Shown here in pieces: positions 27,558 to 36,693 of a DNA stretch of 47,620 bases; the first letter of the stretch is position 1; each line of letters begins with the position of its first letter. Below the pieces are notes generated by a model. It was not told the origin of the DNA, searched no databases, and saw only the letters and a list, made by a program, of their open reading frames with translations. This DNA comes from Duganella sp. (GTDB taxonomy: Bacteria > Pseudomonadota > Gammaproteobacteria > Burkholderiales > Burkholderiaceae_D): assembly GCA_040508835.1 (NCBI GenBank), contig JBEVMD010000095.1, forward strand, positions 1-47,620, written 5' to 3'. The translations under genes were made by a program, and so were the position numbers.

Positions 27558-28409
27558 TTAAAAATGGTATTCCGCGCGGACCATCGGCGTGCGGGCGGTG
27601 GCGCCGTTGTTGTCGTGGTCCGAATTGCCGAACTTGTTTTTCCAGTACTGGTATTCCACGCCCACCTTGAACGTGTTTTTCGGCGCGCCGACGGCGCCGC
27701 TCATGTCGTACATGATCTGCATGTCGATATTGGTTTCCGGCGCGGTGCCGCCGCCGAATTCATTGGTGCCCTTGGCGGTGATGAAGTTGGCGTAGCCTTC
27801 AAAGCTGAGCGGAATGCCCAGGGTGAACGGGATGCCCCAGGCGCCCGTGAGCATGGCGTGGGTCTTGTACGAGTAGCGCGGCGTGGCCTGGTTGGTAAAC
27901 GTGTTGTACGGCGCATTCGATTCCCAGATCGCCAGCAGGCTCACGTCCAGGAAGCCCGGCACGTCGAACATCAGGGTGGGGCCGGCGACGACCATGCGCT
28001 TCTTGGAGTTGTAGCCGGCGTCGGTCTTGCTGTTGTAGTCGAAACCGGCAGTGGCGCCCACGCTGCGCACGGGACCGAACGCATAGCTCTTGCCCGCGAT
28101 CTTGCCGAAGTCCAGCGTGTGGCGGTACACCGCATACGCTTCGTGGGCGCCGCTGTTGGAACCGGCCGCCGACGGATCGAGTTCGGACGACATCAGCAGG
28201 TCGACGCTGATGAAGTTCTTGCCGTACTTGTAGCCCGAGACGTGGCTGAAGTTGACGATGTTCTTGGTGATGTCGTTGTCGTTGAACGGTTCGGCGAACT
28301 TGGTGCCGTAACGGTAGCTCAGCGACGTGTCGCTCCAGTCGGCGGCGTGGGCGGTGCAGGTGGCAAGGACGGCGAGTGCAGCGGTGCAGCGGATCAGGCG
28401 GGATGACAT
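27558..28409 (-). CDS. Tsx-like outer-membrane nucleoside channel
   Basis: Signal peptide ending AHA, WSDTSL, YGKNF, GVEYQYWKNKFG, C-terminal Phe, nucleoside-uptake context. Confidence 0.78.
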   Translation of the reverse strand: MSSRLIRCTAALAVLATCTAHAADWSDTSLSYRYGTKFAEPFNDNDITKNIVNFSHVSGYKYGKNFISVDLLMSSELDPSAAGSNSGAHEAYAVYRHTLDFGKIAGKSYAFGPVRSVGATAGFDYNSKTDAGYNSKKRMVVAGPTLMFDVPGFLDVSLLAIWESNAPYNTFTNQATPRYSYKTHAMLTGAWGIPFTLGIPLSFEGYANFITAKGTNEFGGGTAPETNIDMQIMYDMSGAVGAPKNTFKVGVEYQYWKNKFGNSDHDNNGATARTPMVRAEYHF

Positions 28410-28449
28410 GCGCGAACTCCAGTGGGTTGGACAAGGGACAGAACTTTTT

Positions 28450-28478
28450 GTATCCAATCGCTGTAACCGATTGGATAC
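28450..28478. promoter_or_regulatory. Paired GntR/FCD-type operator (perfect 11-bp inverted repeat)
   Basis: GTATCCAATCG-N7-CGATTGGATAC. Each arm overlaps a TTGTATACAA-like box. Confidence 0.6.
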
Positions 28479-28495
28479 TATGTTCTTTTTATTCA

Positions 28496-28511
28496 AGCAA
28501 GTACCGGGCCA
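28496..28511 (-). promoter_or_regulatory. Sigma54 (-24/-12) promoter for the tsx-like/bmp/deaminase operon
   Basis: Minus strand reads TGGCCCGGTACTTGCT, against consensus TGGCACGNNNNTTGCW. GG-N10-GC spacing is correct. Confidence 0.72.
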
Positions 28512-28538
28512 GCATGCGTGGTGCGCACCAGGGCCTGA

Positions 28539-29252
28539 TCAACAGCCCGACAGCGCCTCGGCCAGGTTGACCTTGCGGTCCTGGTCGGACAGGTGCAGCC
28601 GCGCTTCCAGTTCCAGCAGGTGGTGTTCGATCAGGTGGATCGCCTCGCGGGCCTTGCCCTGTTCGATCAGCGTGGCCAGGTCCTGGTGCTCGTCGTTCTC
28701 GCACATGGCGCTGCCGGGCGTCTCGTACAGCGCGATGATCAGCGAGCAGCGCGACACCAGTTCATGCATGAACCGCTGCAGCACGTGGTTGCCCGCCAGC
28801 TCCGCCAGCAGCAGGTGGAACTCGCCGCCCAGGCGTATCCAGCCGGCGCGGTCGCCGCTGCGGCGGGCCGCGTCTTCGGCTGCCAGCGCGGCGCGGATCT
28901 GCTGCAGCGACGCGGGCGTGGCGTGACGGATCACCAGCGGCACGATCTCGCGTTCGAGCGCGCGGCGGGCGGCAAAGATGTCGCGCGCTTCCTGCGGCGT
29001 GGGGGACGCGATCACCGCGCCCCGGTTGGGGCGCAGCTCGATGATGCGGTCGTGCGCGAGCCGCTGCAGGGCCTTGCGCACGGTGGTGCGGCTCACCTGG
29101 TACAGCTCGCAGAAATCGGCCTCGCCCAGGTGGGTGCCGGGAGGCAGGCGGTGGCTCATGACGGCGTTGACGACCGCCTTGTAAATGCGCATGTCGATGG
29201 CGGTGGTACCGCGTTTGACGACAGCTTGATCGGCTTTGCGCTGGTCGGACAT
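28539..29252 (-). CDS. GntR-family regulator (FCD domain)
   Basis: LPPGTHLGE...VSRTTVRKAL...PNRGA HTH; FCD domain with FH motif. Confidence 0.9.
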   Translation of the reverse strand: MSDQRKADQAVVKRGTTAIDMRIYKAVVNAVMSHRLPPGTHLGEADFCELYQVSRTTVRKALQRLAHDRIIELRPNRGAVIASPTPQEARDIFAARRALEREIVPLVIRHATPASLQQIRAALAAEDAARRSGDRAGWIRLGGEFHLLLAELAGNHVLQRFMHELVSRCSLIIALYETPGSAMCENDEHQDLATLIEQGKAREAIHLIEHHLLELEARLHLSDQDRKVNLAEALSGC

Positions 29253-29441
29253 TGATGGACTCCATAGTAGTGGTGCTACCGCTGTAAAGCAGGAAGCGTG
29301 CTAGCGGGCGGCAAAAAACCGGCGCACGGATTGTGTACGAAATCACTTTGTTTCGGATCCGACCGCACGCTTTTGGGGAGGCGGGCATCCCGCTTTAGTG
29401 CAGGGTGCACGGCAAAGCGGCGCGTTGCGGGCGGGGCCGCG

Positions 29442-29456
29442 TGGCATGCTAATTGC
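29442..29456 (+). promoter_or_regulatory. Sigma54 (-24/-12) promoter for the ABC transporter operon
   Basis: TGGCATGCTAATTGC with GG-N10-GC spacing, followed by a TTGTATACGA box at 29476-29485. Confidence 0.72.
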
Positions 29457-29500
29457 GTGTTCTGCCGCATCCGATTTGTATACGATGAAGGAAAGCCCCG

Positions 29501-31057
29501 ATGACTGAACCGCGCTTGCAGATGCTGGGCGTCTCCAAGATCTACCCGTCGGTGGTGGCCAACGCCGACGTCCATCTGACCGTGATGCCGGGCGAGATAC
29601 ACGCCGTGCTGGGCGAAAACGGCGCCGGCAAAAGCACGCTGATGAAGATCATCTACGGCGTGGTCAAGCCGGACGACGGCCAGATCATGTGGGAAGGCCG
29701 GCAAGTGCATATCAACTCGCCGCACGACGCGCGCAAGCTGGGCATCGGCATGGTGTTCCAGCACTTCGCGCTGTTCGAAACGCTGACGGTGGCCGAGAAC
29801 ATCGCGCTGGCGCTGGACGACAAGATGACGCCCGGCGCACTGGCGCCGCGCATCCGTGCCGTCTCCGAACAATACGGGCTGCCGCTCGACCCGGACCGGC
29901 GCGTGCACAGCATGTCGGTGGGCGAGCGCCAGCGCGTGGAAATCGTGCGCTGCCTGCTGCAGTCGCCCAAGCTGCTGATCATGGACGAACCGACGTCGGT
30001 GCTCACGCCCGATGCGGTGCTCAAACTGTTCGAGTCGCTGCGGCGCCTGGCGCGCGAGGGCGTGAGCATCCTGTACATCAGCCACAAGCTCGACGAAATC
30101 CAGGCGCTGTGCGACAAGGCGACGGTGCTGCGCGGCGGGCGCGTATCCGGCACCGCGCTGCCGCGCGAGGAAAGCGCGCGGTCGCTGGCGGAACTGATGA
30201 TCGGCCGCGAACTGCCCGTGTGCGTGAGCACCCCGCGCGCGCCGGGCGACGTGCTGCTCGATATCGCGGCCCTCACCATCGCCAGCGACGATCCGTTCGG
30301 CACGCAACTCAAGGACATCAACCTGGCGCTGCGCAGCGGCGAGATCGTGGGCATAGCCGGCATCTCGGGCAACGGCCAGCAGGAACTGTTAAAGGCCATT
30401 TCGGGCGAGCGCACGCTGGGCGCGCGCGAAGGCGCCATCCGCCTGGGCGGCCAGGACGTGGGAACGCTCGATGCCGCCCAACGGCGCCAGCGGGGCCTCG
30501 GTTTCGTGCCCGAGGAGCGGCTGGGACGCGGCGCCGTGCCCGACCTGTCGCTGGCCGACAATGCGCTGCTGACCGGTTATGTGCCACCGGCCACGGGAAT
30601 GCTCAAGCGCGGCCTGGTGGACCGCGCCGCCGTGGGCGCGTTCGCGCGCGGCGTCATCGCGCGCTTCCAGGTCAAGTGCGGCGGCGAACGGTCGGCCGCC
30701 GCCAGCCTCTCGGGCGGCAACCTGCAAAAATTCATCGTGGGCCGCGAGATCATGCTGGCGCCGAAAGTGATGGTGTTCGCCCAGCCCACGTGGGGCGTGG
30801 ACATCGGCGCGGCCATGCTGATCCGCCAGGCCATCATCGACATGCGCGACGCCGGCGTGGCGGTGCTGGTGCTGTCGGAGGAAATCGAGGAGCTGTTCAT
30901 GCTCAGCGACCGCATTGCCGTGCTGGCGGACGGCCGCCTGTCGCGCGCGGTGCCCGCCAGCGCCACCAGCATCAACGAAGTGGGCGTGTGGATGAGCGGC
31001 GACTTCGATCATCACGCCACCGTATCGACAGAAGGAGCACCGCATGTCCCGGCTTGA
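29501..31057 (+). CDS. Nucleoside/purine ABC transporter ATP-binding protein (tandem NBD, CUT2 type)
   Basis: GENGAGKST, MSVGERQRVEI, MDEPT and LSGGNLQK motifs. Confidence 0.92.
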   Translation: MTEPRLQMLGVSKIYPSVVANADVHLTVMPGEIHAVLGENGAGKSTLMKIIYGVVKPDDGQIMWEGRQVHINSPHDARKLGIGMVFQHFALFETLTVAENIALALDDKMTPGALAPRIRAVSEQYGLPLDPDRRVHSMSVGERQRVEIVRCLLQSPKLLIMDEPTSVLTPDAVLKLFESLRRLAREGVSILYISHKLDEIQALCDKATVLRGGRVSGTALPREESARSLAELMIGRELPVCVSTPRAPGDVLLDIAALTIASDDPFGTQLKDINLALRSGEIVGIAGISGNGQQELLKAISGERTLGAREGAIRLGGQDVGTLDAAQRRQRGLGFVPEERLGRGAVPDLSLADNALLTGYVPPATGMLKRGLVDRAAVGAFARGVIARFQVKCGGERSAAASLSGGNLQKFIVGREIMLAPKVMVFAQPTWGVDIGAAMLIRQAIIDMRDAGVAVLVLSEEIEELFMLSDRIAVLADGRLSRAVPASATSINEVGVWMSGDFDHHATVSTEGAPHVPA

Positions 31058-32120
31058 AAAACGTCCCGAACCCTCCCGCCGCATGATGCTGGCGTCGCCC
31101 CTGATTGCCGCGGCGGCCATGCTGGCCACCGGCTCGCTGCTGTTCCTGTTCATCGGCCAGGCGCCGCTGCACGCGTTTTACGTGTACTTCATCAAGCCGT
31201 GGACCACGCTGTACGGCGTGGGCGAGCTGTTATTGAAAGCCACGCCGCTGATCTTGTGCGGGGTGGGGCTGGCGATCGGCTTCCGGGCCAACGTCAACAA
31301 CATCGGCGCCGACGGCCAGCTGACGGTGGGGGCGATTGCCGCCGGCGCCGTGGCGCTGCACTTCCAGGACGTGGCAGCGTGGTGGGTGCTGCCGCTGATG
31401 CTGCTGGCCGGCGCCGTGGGCGGCATGCTGTGGGCGGCGATCCCCGCGCTGCTGCGCACCCGTTTTAATACCAGCGAAATCCTGGTGAGCCTGATGCTGG
31501 TGTACGTGGCGTATCACCTGCTCAGCTACCTGGTGCACGGGCCGATGCGCGATCCGGACGGCTTCAATTTTCCGCAATCGAAAATGTTCAGCGAGTCGGC
31601 CACCTTGCCGCTGCTGGTGGAAGGCCTGCGCCTCAATGCCGCGTTTATCCTGTCGCTGATCGCGGCGGCGGCGGCGTGGTTCTTCTGCCGCCACACCTTT
31701 GCCGGCTACCGCATGCAGGTGAGCGGCATGGCGCCCGCCGCCGCGCTGTACGCGGGCTTCAGCGAGCCGCGCAACGTGTGGCTGGCCTTCATGGTCAGCG
31801 GCGCGCTGGCCGGCGTGGCGGGCGTGGGGGAGGTGGCCGGTCCGCTGGGCCAGCTGCAGCCGTCGGTGTCCCCGGGCTACGGCTTTGCCGCCATCATCGT
31901 CGCGTACGTGGGACGCCTGCATCCGCTGGGCGTGGTGCTGTCGGCGCTGCTGATGTCGCTGCTGTACATCGGCGGCGAAACCGCGCAGATCGAGCTGGGC
32001 GCGCCGTCGGCGATTACCGGCGTGTTCCAGGGTCTGCTGCTGTTTTATCTGCTGGCGGCCGACCTGTTCATCCACTACCGCATCAAATCGCATCAACGCC
32101 TGCCTGGAGTGCCCGCATGA
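31044..32120 (+). CDS. ABC permease (nucleoside type)
   Basis: Multiple TM helices; NIGADGQ and GYGFAAIIVA motifs; overlaps the ATPase gene. Confidence 0.9.
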   Translation: MSRLEKRPEPSRRMMLASPLIAAAAMLATGSLLFLFIGQAPLHAFYVYFIKPWTTLYGVGELLLKATPLILCGVGLAIGFRANVNNIGADGQLTVGAIAAGAVALHFQDVAAWWVLPLMLLAGAVGGMLWAAIPALLRTRFNTSEILVSLMLVYVAYHLLSYLVHGPMRDPDGFNFPQSKMFSESATLPLLVEGLRLNAAFILSLIAAAAAWFFCRHTFAGYRMQVSGMAPAAALYAGFSEPRNVWLAFMVSGALAGVAGVGEVAGPLGQLQPSVSPGYGFAAIIVAYVGRLHPLGVVLSALLMSLLYIGGETAQIELGAPSAITGVFQGLLLFYLLAADLFIHYRIKSHQRLPGVPA

Positions 32121-33043
32121 TGACCACCGAACTGTTGATCGCCTTCCTCGCCAGCACCGCCGGCGCGGCCACGCCGCTGGTCGTCGCTTCCATGGGCGAG
32201 CTGGTGACGGAACGCTCCGGCGTGCTCAATCTGGGCATGGAGGGCATGATGCTGGTGGGCGCCGTCACCGGTTTCGGCGTCACGCTGGCCACCGGCAGCA
32301 TGACGATCGGCCTGCTGGCGGCCATGGCGGCGGGCATGCTGATGGCGCTGATCTTCGGCTTCCTCGTGCTCACGCTGCAAACCAACCAGGTGGCCACAGG
32401 GCTGGCGCTCACGCTGTTCGGCATCGGCGTCTCGGCTTTTCTCGGCCGCGGCTTCGTGGGCCAGACCGTGGCGCGCATGCCCAACCTGCAGTTTCCCGTG
32501 CTGTCGGACCTGCCGTTCGTCGGGCCGCTGCTGTTTCGCTTTGACGCCATGGTGTACGCGTCGGTGGCGCTGGTGGTCGTCATCGGCTGGATGCTGGCGC
32601 GCACCCGGCTGGGGCTGGTGATCCGCGCGGTGGGCGAGTCGCCGCACAGCGCCCACGCCATCGGCTTCAACGTGATTGCGCTGCGCTATGGCACGGTGCT
32701 GTTCGGCGGCGCCATGGCCGGTCTGGGCGGCGCCTACCTGTCGCTGGCGTTGACGCCGATGTGGGTGGAAGGCATGACGGCAGGACGCGGCTGGATCGCG
32801 CTGGCGCAGGTGGTGTTTGCGACCTGGAAGCCGCGCGGCGTGCTGGTGGGCGCGTACCTGTTCGGCGGCGTGACGGTATTGCAGTTCCACGGCCAGGGCA
32901 TGGGGCTGGCGATTCCGTCCGAGTTCCTGTCGATGCTGCCGTACGTGGCCACCATCGTGGTGCTGGTGTTCATCTGCCGCAATCCGCAGACCATCCTGTT
33001 GAACAAGCCCATGTCGCTAGGGCAGAACTTCAAACCGGACTGA
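32117..33043 (+). CDS. ABC permease (nucleoside type)
   Basis: GELVTERSGVLNLGMEGMM and GRGWIALA motifs; ATGA overlap; start lies inside the longer listed ORF. Confidence 0.9.
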   Translation: MMTTELLIAFLASTAGAATPLVVASMGELVTERSGVLNLGMEGMMLVGAVTGFGVTLATGSMTIGLLAAMAAGMLMALIFGFLVLTLQTNQVATGLALTLFGIGVSAFLGRGFVGQTVARMPNLQFPVLSDLPFVGPLLFRFDAMVYASVALVVVIGWMLARTRLGLVIRAVGESPHSAHAIGFNVIALRYGTVLFGGAMAGLGGAYLSLALTPMWVEGMTAGRGWIALAQVVFATWKPRGVLVGAYLFGGVTVLQFHGQGMGLAIPSEFLSMLPYVATIVVLVFICRNPQTILLNKPMSLGQNFKPD

Positions 33044-33106
33044 CCAGGCCCGGCCGCGACCAGGCGCCATGCCGTATCATGGCGCTTTCAATGATGGGAA
33101 CGCGGC

Positions 33107-33406
33107 GTGCAGCAGACGGTCAACATTACCCTGGCGGAGCAGGGCTGGACCTTCGAGGCCCAGGCGCCGGCGTCCGTGCTGGAGGCGGCCGAACGGGCCG
33201 GCATCCGCCTGCCCAGCTCGTGCCGCAACGGCACCTGCCGCACCTGTCTGTGCCGGCTCGAGCGCGGCGCCATCCACTACCGGATAGACTGGCCGGGCGT
33301 GAGCCCCGATGAAAAACGCGCAGGGTTTATTTTGCCGTGCGTGGCCGTGGCCGACACCGACCTGGTGCTCGATGTCCCGGCTGCCCGCCGCACGGCAGCC
33401 GGCTAG
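33107..33406 (+). CDS. Plant-type [2Fe-2S] ferredoxin
   Basis: SSCRNGTCRTC...ILPC motif; GTG start. Confidence 0.85.
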   Translation: MQQTVNITLAEQGWTFEAQAPASVLEAAERAGIRLPSSCRNGTCRTCLCRLERGAIHYRIDWPGVSPDEKRAGFILPCVAVADTDLVLDVPAARRTAAG

Positions 33407-33714
33407 TCGGCCTTGCCGTTGCGCAGGCGGTTGAGCAGCGCCTCGGTGGATGCGCTGAGCGGCACGCCGTGGCGGCGCAGCAGCTGGATGTGCAGCACCA
33501 GGTTTTCCAGCACCAGCTTGGCCGCAACGGCCAGCAAGGTCAGTTGCTTGTCTTCCTCGCTGAAGTTGTCCATGGCGTCGGCCATGTCGCACAGGTGGTT
33601 GGCGATCAGGCCGCGCAATGCTTCTTCCTCGAACGGCAGGTCGGCAAAATCGATCGGGTCTTCTTTTTCCACTTCCTGCATCAGCAGTTCCAGCTTTTGC
33701 GGCGTGATCGACAT
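33403..33714 (-). CDS. Small acidic helical hypothetical protein
   Basis: MSITPQKLELL... with normal composition and GGAG upstream. The upstream part of the listed ORF is a shadow of the DUF2812 gene. Confidence 0.7.
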   Translation of the reverse strand: MSITPQKLELLMQEVEKEDPIDFADLPFEEEALRGLIANHLCDMADAMDNFSEEDKQLTLLAVAAKLVLENLVLHIQLLRRHGVPLSASTEALLNRLRNGKAD

Positions 33715-33773
33715 GCGGGGCTCCGGGGGTGGTTGACGCGCTCTCATTTTACCCACACGGCGACGCTGCGCGG

Positions 33774-34307
33774 CTATAGCGCGCGCAAGCGGCGCATGCG
33801 CAACACCACGCCGACCCCGGCAAACAGGTTGAAGCCGATCACGCCGTAGAGCAGGGCCCGCACGCCAACCGACACCAGCGCCGATTCCTGCTGCAGCATG
33901 GCGCCGGTGATGGGGCTGAGCGCCATCACCAGCGCCGGCACGGTGGAAACGCCCAGGTACCAGAGAATGCGTCTGAACTTGGCGCGTTTGGATGCCTCGT
34001 CGGTGTAGATTTCCGCTGGGCGTCCGTCGGCGGGACGCGCGGTGCGCCAATATTGCCAGCCATAGTAGCTGGCCACGTGCTCCCAGCCCGCATCGGCGTA
34101 CAACTGGCGGTAATGGTGCTTGCCCGGCCCGAATTCATAGTCCATGCGGTACACCATGCTCCCCGGTGCGCTCCTGGCAAACGTGTAGGCGCCCAGCAGG
34201 CCTACCGACGTCAAATGCAGGCCGCGTTCCGCCTGCGCCGCCAGCCATGCCTGCTCGGCCAGATCCTGCCAGGGCCACCAGAATTTATACTTGCGTACCA
34301 CGTCCAT
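33774..34307 (-). CDS. DUF2812-like membrane protein
   Basis: EQAWL...GLHL, YRMDY, AGWEHV, WQYWR and EIYTD motifs, then two C-terminal TM helices. Follows a PadR gene. Confidence 0.75.
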   Translation of the reverse strand: MDVVRKYKFWWPWQDLAEQAWLAAQAERGLHLTSVGLLGAYTFARSAPGSMVYRMDYEFGPGKHHYRQLYADAGWEHVASYYGWQYWRTARPADGRPAEIYTDEASKRAKFRRILWYLGVSTVPALVMALSPITGAMLQQESALVSVGVRALLYGVIGFNLFAGVGVVLRMRRLRAL

Positions 34308-34316
34308 CACCTCTTC

Positions 34317-34631
34317 CTAATCCGGTTGCGCCAGCCAGCCGGCGTTGTCCAGCAAGCGCCTGGTGCGCGCCAGCTGCGCCTGCAGTACTGCGGTGCCGTC
34401 CGCCGTTAGCGCATAGATCTTGCGGCGGTCTTCCTCGCGCACCATGACGATCAGCTTCTGCTTCTCGAGCATGGTGAAAGCGCCGTACAGCGTGCCCGGC
34501 CCGATGCGGACTTCGCCGCCGCTCATGTCCGCTACGCGCTGCATGATGCCGTAGCCATGGCGCGGCTCATCCAGGCTTAGCAGGATATAAAAAGTCGATT
34601 CGCTCAACGGCAGGTAGTTGCTTACATCCAT
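34317..34631 (-). CDS. PadR-family regulator (short type)
   Basis: LSESTFYILLSL...HGYGIM...GPGTLY...RRKIYALT. Confidence 0.9.
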   Translation of the reverse strand: MDVSNYLPLSESTFYILLSLDEPRHGYGIMQRVADMSGGEVRIGPGTLYGAFTMLEKQKLIVMVREEDRRKIYALTADGTAVLQAQLARTRRLLDNAGWLAQPD

Positions 34632-34647
34632 ATTTTTCCCAGACACT

Positions 34648-34694
34648 AGATCGCCAGACGACATATCGCTTGACGATATATCGCGAAGCGACAT
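34648..34694. promoter_or_regulatory. Triple tandem palindromic operator (ATATCG-N5-CGAYAT, 15-bp period)
   Basis: AGATCG-ccaga-CGACAT, ATATCG-cttga-CGATAT and ATATCG-cgaag-CGACAT directly upstream of padR. Confidence 0.7.
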
Positions 34695-34801
34695 AATATC
34701 ATTTTAACCGCACCGACCCCATGCCGATCGTGCGGCACCTGCGTCGCCCCGGTGCCAGCCGGTGACAACGCGTCCGTCCACCCCAGATCAAGAGTCGAAT
34801 C

Positions 34802-35536
34802 ATGATAGAAGTTATGAAGGCGAGCAAGTCTTTCGGAGCCATCCGCGCGTTGCACCAGGTGTCGCTCCAGGCGCGCAATGGAGAAATCACCTGCCTGCTC
34901 GGTCCCAACGGGGCCGGCAAGACCACCTTGCTGCGCATGCTGCTGGGCTTGATGCCGCGCGATAGCGGCGACCTCCGCGTCGATGGGCTCGATCCCGCGC
35001 TCGCTCCGGCAGCGGTGCGGGCGTCGATCGGTTTCCTGCCCGATCAGGCGGGTCTGTACGACCGCCTGACCACGCGCGAATACCTGACCTATTTCGCCCG
35101 CCTGGGCGGCATGGCGATGGCGGCGGCCCAGGCGCGCATCGACGACGCCGTGCGCATCTTCGAACTGGCGGACATCATCGACCGCCGCATTCTGGGCTTT
35201 TCGCAGGGCCAGCGCATGAAGGTGTCGGTGGCCCGCGCCACGCTGGCCAATCCGCGCAACCTGATCCTCGACGAACCCACGCGGGGGCTGGACGTGATGA
35301 GCGCGCGCAGCCTGCGCCGGGCATTGCTGACCTTGCGCGATGCCGGCTGCTGCATCATCCTGTCCACGCACATCATGCAGGAAGTGACCCAACTCAGCGA
35401 CCATATCGTGGTGATGGCGCGGGGCAGCGCGATTGCGTCCGGTTCGCAACAGATGCTGCGTGAACTGACGGCGGCGGAAGACCTGGAGGAAGCGTTCGTC
35501 AGCCTGGTCGATGACAAAACCGTGGAGGCCGCATGA
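34802..35536 (+). CDS. ABC-2 exporter ATP-binding protein (NatA-like)
   Basis: GPNGAGKTT, GLYDRLT, FSQGQRMKV, LDEPT and STHIMQEV motifs. Confidence 0.88.
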   Translation: MIEVMKASKSFGAIRALHQVSLQARNGEITCLLGPNGAGKTTLLRMLLGLMPRDSGDLRVDGLDPALAPAAVRASIGFLPDQAGLYDRLTTREYLTYFARLGGMAMAAAQARIDDAVRIFELADIIDRRILGFSQGQRMKVSVARATLANPRNLILDEPTRGLDVMSARSLRRALLTLRDAGCCIILSTHIMQEVTQLSDHIVVMARGSAIASGSQQMLRELTAAEDLEEAFVSLVDDKTVEAA

Positions 35537-36687
35537 ACACGCTGTGGGTGGTCATGCAAAAAGAATTGCGCGAGTCGCTGCGCGACCGCCGCACGCTGCT
35601 GCTGTTGCTGCTGTTCGTGTTCGTCTACCCGGCGCTGCTGGGTTTGCTACTGAGCGACCGCATCCAGGAAAGCGGCGCGGACCGTGGCAGCTTCGCCCAT
35701 GTGGTGGTGGCCGCTTCAACAGATGCGCCGGCCCTGGCGGCCTTCCTGCGCCGACAAGGCGCGGACGCCACCGTGGTCGCGGGGCGTTACGCTGCCGAGA
35801 CCGCCTATCGCGAAGACCCGGAGCGCATCGGCATCGTGCTCGATCAGCAGGCGCCCGCCGGCATCCGCCAGGCCGCGTTGTACTACGACAGCACGGGCGT
35901 GCCGCCGTCGGCGTACGTCCGGCTGGTGGGACTGGTGCAGCAGTTTAATGTGGACGCTTACCGCCGCCTGCTGCCGCCCGCGCAGGGCGGGCAGACGCAT
36001 GCGCTTGCCACCGTCCAGGAACACGATGTCAGCTCCAGCGGCCAGCGCGCCGGGCAGCAGATCCGCGGCTTCATCGGCCTGTTCTTCATGCCCGCCTTCT
36101 TTTTATGCATGAGCACGATCATCGATAACTCCGCCGGCGAACGCGAGCGCAAAACCATGGAGGTGTTGCTGGCACAGCCGATCAAGGCCGGTTATCTGAT
36201 CGCCGGCAAATGGCTGGGCGCAGCGGTGGTGGGCATAGTCGGGTTGTCGCTGGAGCTGGCCCTGGTCCATGGCGTGATGAGCTGGCTTCCGCTGGCGCAG
36301 ATCGGCCTGTCCTGGAATGTCTCCACCGCCCGGATCACGGGGCTGATCCTGGCGACGGTCTCGCTGCCCATGTTTGCCGCCGCCGCCGAACTGGCGCTGG
36401 CGCTGAACGCACGTTCCTACAAGGAGGCGCAAACTACCGTGGGCATGCTGGCCATGTTGCCGCTGCTGGCGTCGGTATTGTTCGGCATGTTCGACAACAG
36501 CAGCGCCCATGCCCAGTGGCTGCCTTTGCTCAGCAATCAGCAGCTGATGTCGCAACTGGCATCCGGCGCCGCCGTGCCGGCGGGACAGTATGCGCTGACC
36601 TGGCTGGTCAACCTGGCTTGGGCGGCGCCGTTCATCCTGTATGCGATCGCGCGCGTGCAGTCGCCCAAGTACCTGGCGACCGTCTGA
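35533..36687 (+). CDS. ABC-2 permease (NatB-like)
   Basis: KELRESLRDRRTL, AGERERKTMEVLL and ARSYKEAQT motifs; ATGA overlap. Confidence 0.85.
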   Translation: MNTLWVVMQKELRESLRDRRTLLLLLLFVFVYPALLGLLLSDRIQESGADRGSFAHVVVAASTDAPALAAFLRRQGADATVVAGRYAAETAYREDPERIGIVLDQQAPAGIRQAALYYDSTGVPPSAYVRLVGLVQQFNVDAYRRLLPPAQGGQTHALATVQEHDVSSSGQRAGQQIRGFIGLFFMPAFFLCMSTIIDNSAGERERKTMEVLLAQPIKAGYLIAGKWLGAAVVGIVGLSLELALVHGVMSWLPLAQIGLSWNVSTARITGLILATVSLPMFAAAAELALALNARSYKEAQTTVGMLAMLPLLASVLFGMFDNSSAHAQWLPLLSNQQLMSQLASGAAVPAGQYALTWLVNLAWAAPFILYAIARVQSPKYLATV

Positions 36688-36693
36688 CGATGC

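Noticed and set aside
26460-28406. 648-aa plus-strand ORF
   Set aside because: Antisense to two well-supported genes (BMP protein and Tsx-like channel).
29360-29425. Possible NtrC enhancer sites upstream of the sigma54 promoter
   Set aside because: Only half-sites (GCAC or GTGCA) without the full TGCAC-N7-GTGCA; too weak to call.
34331-34341. CCAGCCAGCCG matching the tRNA-Arg 3' region as a possible attR
   Set aside because: Only 11 bp, GC-rich, inside the padR coding sequence and lacking the CACCA end. Consistent with chance.
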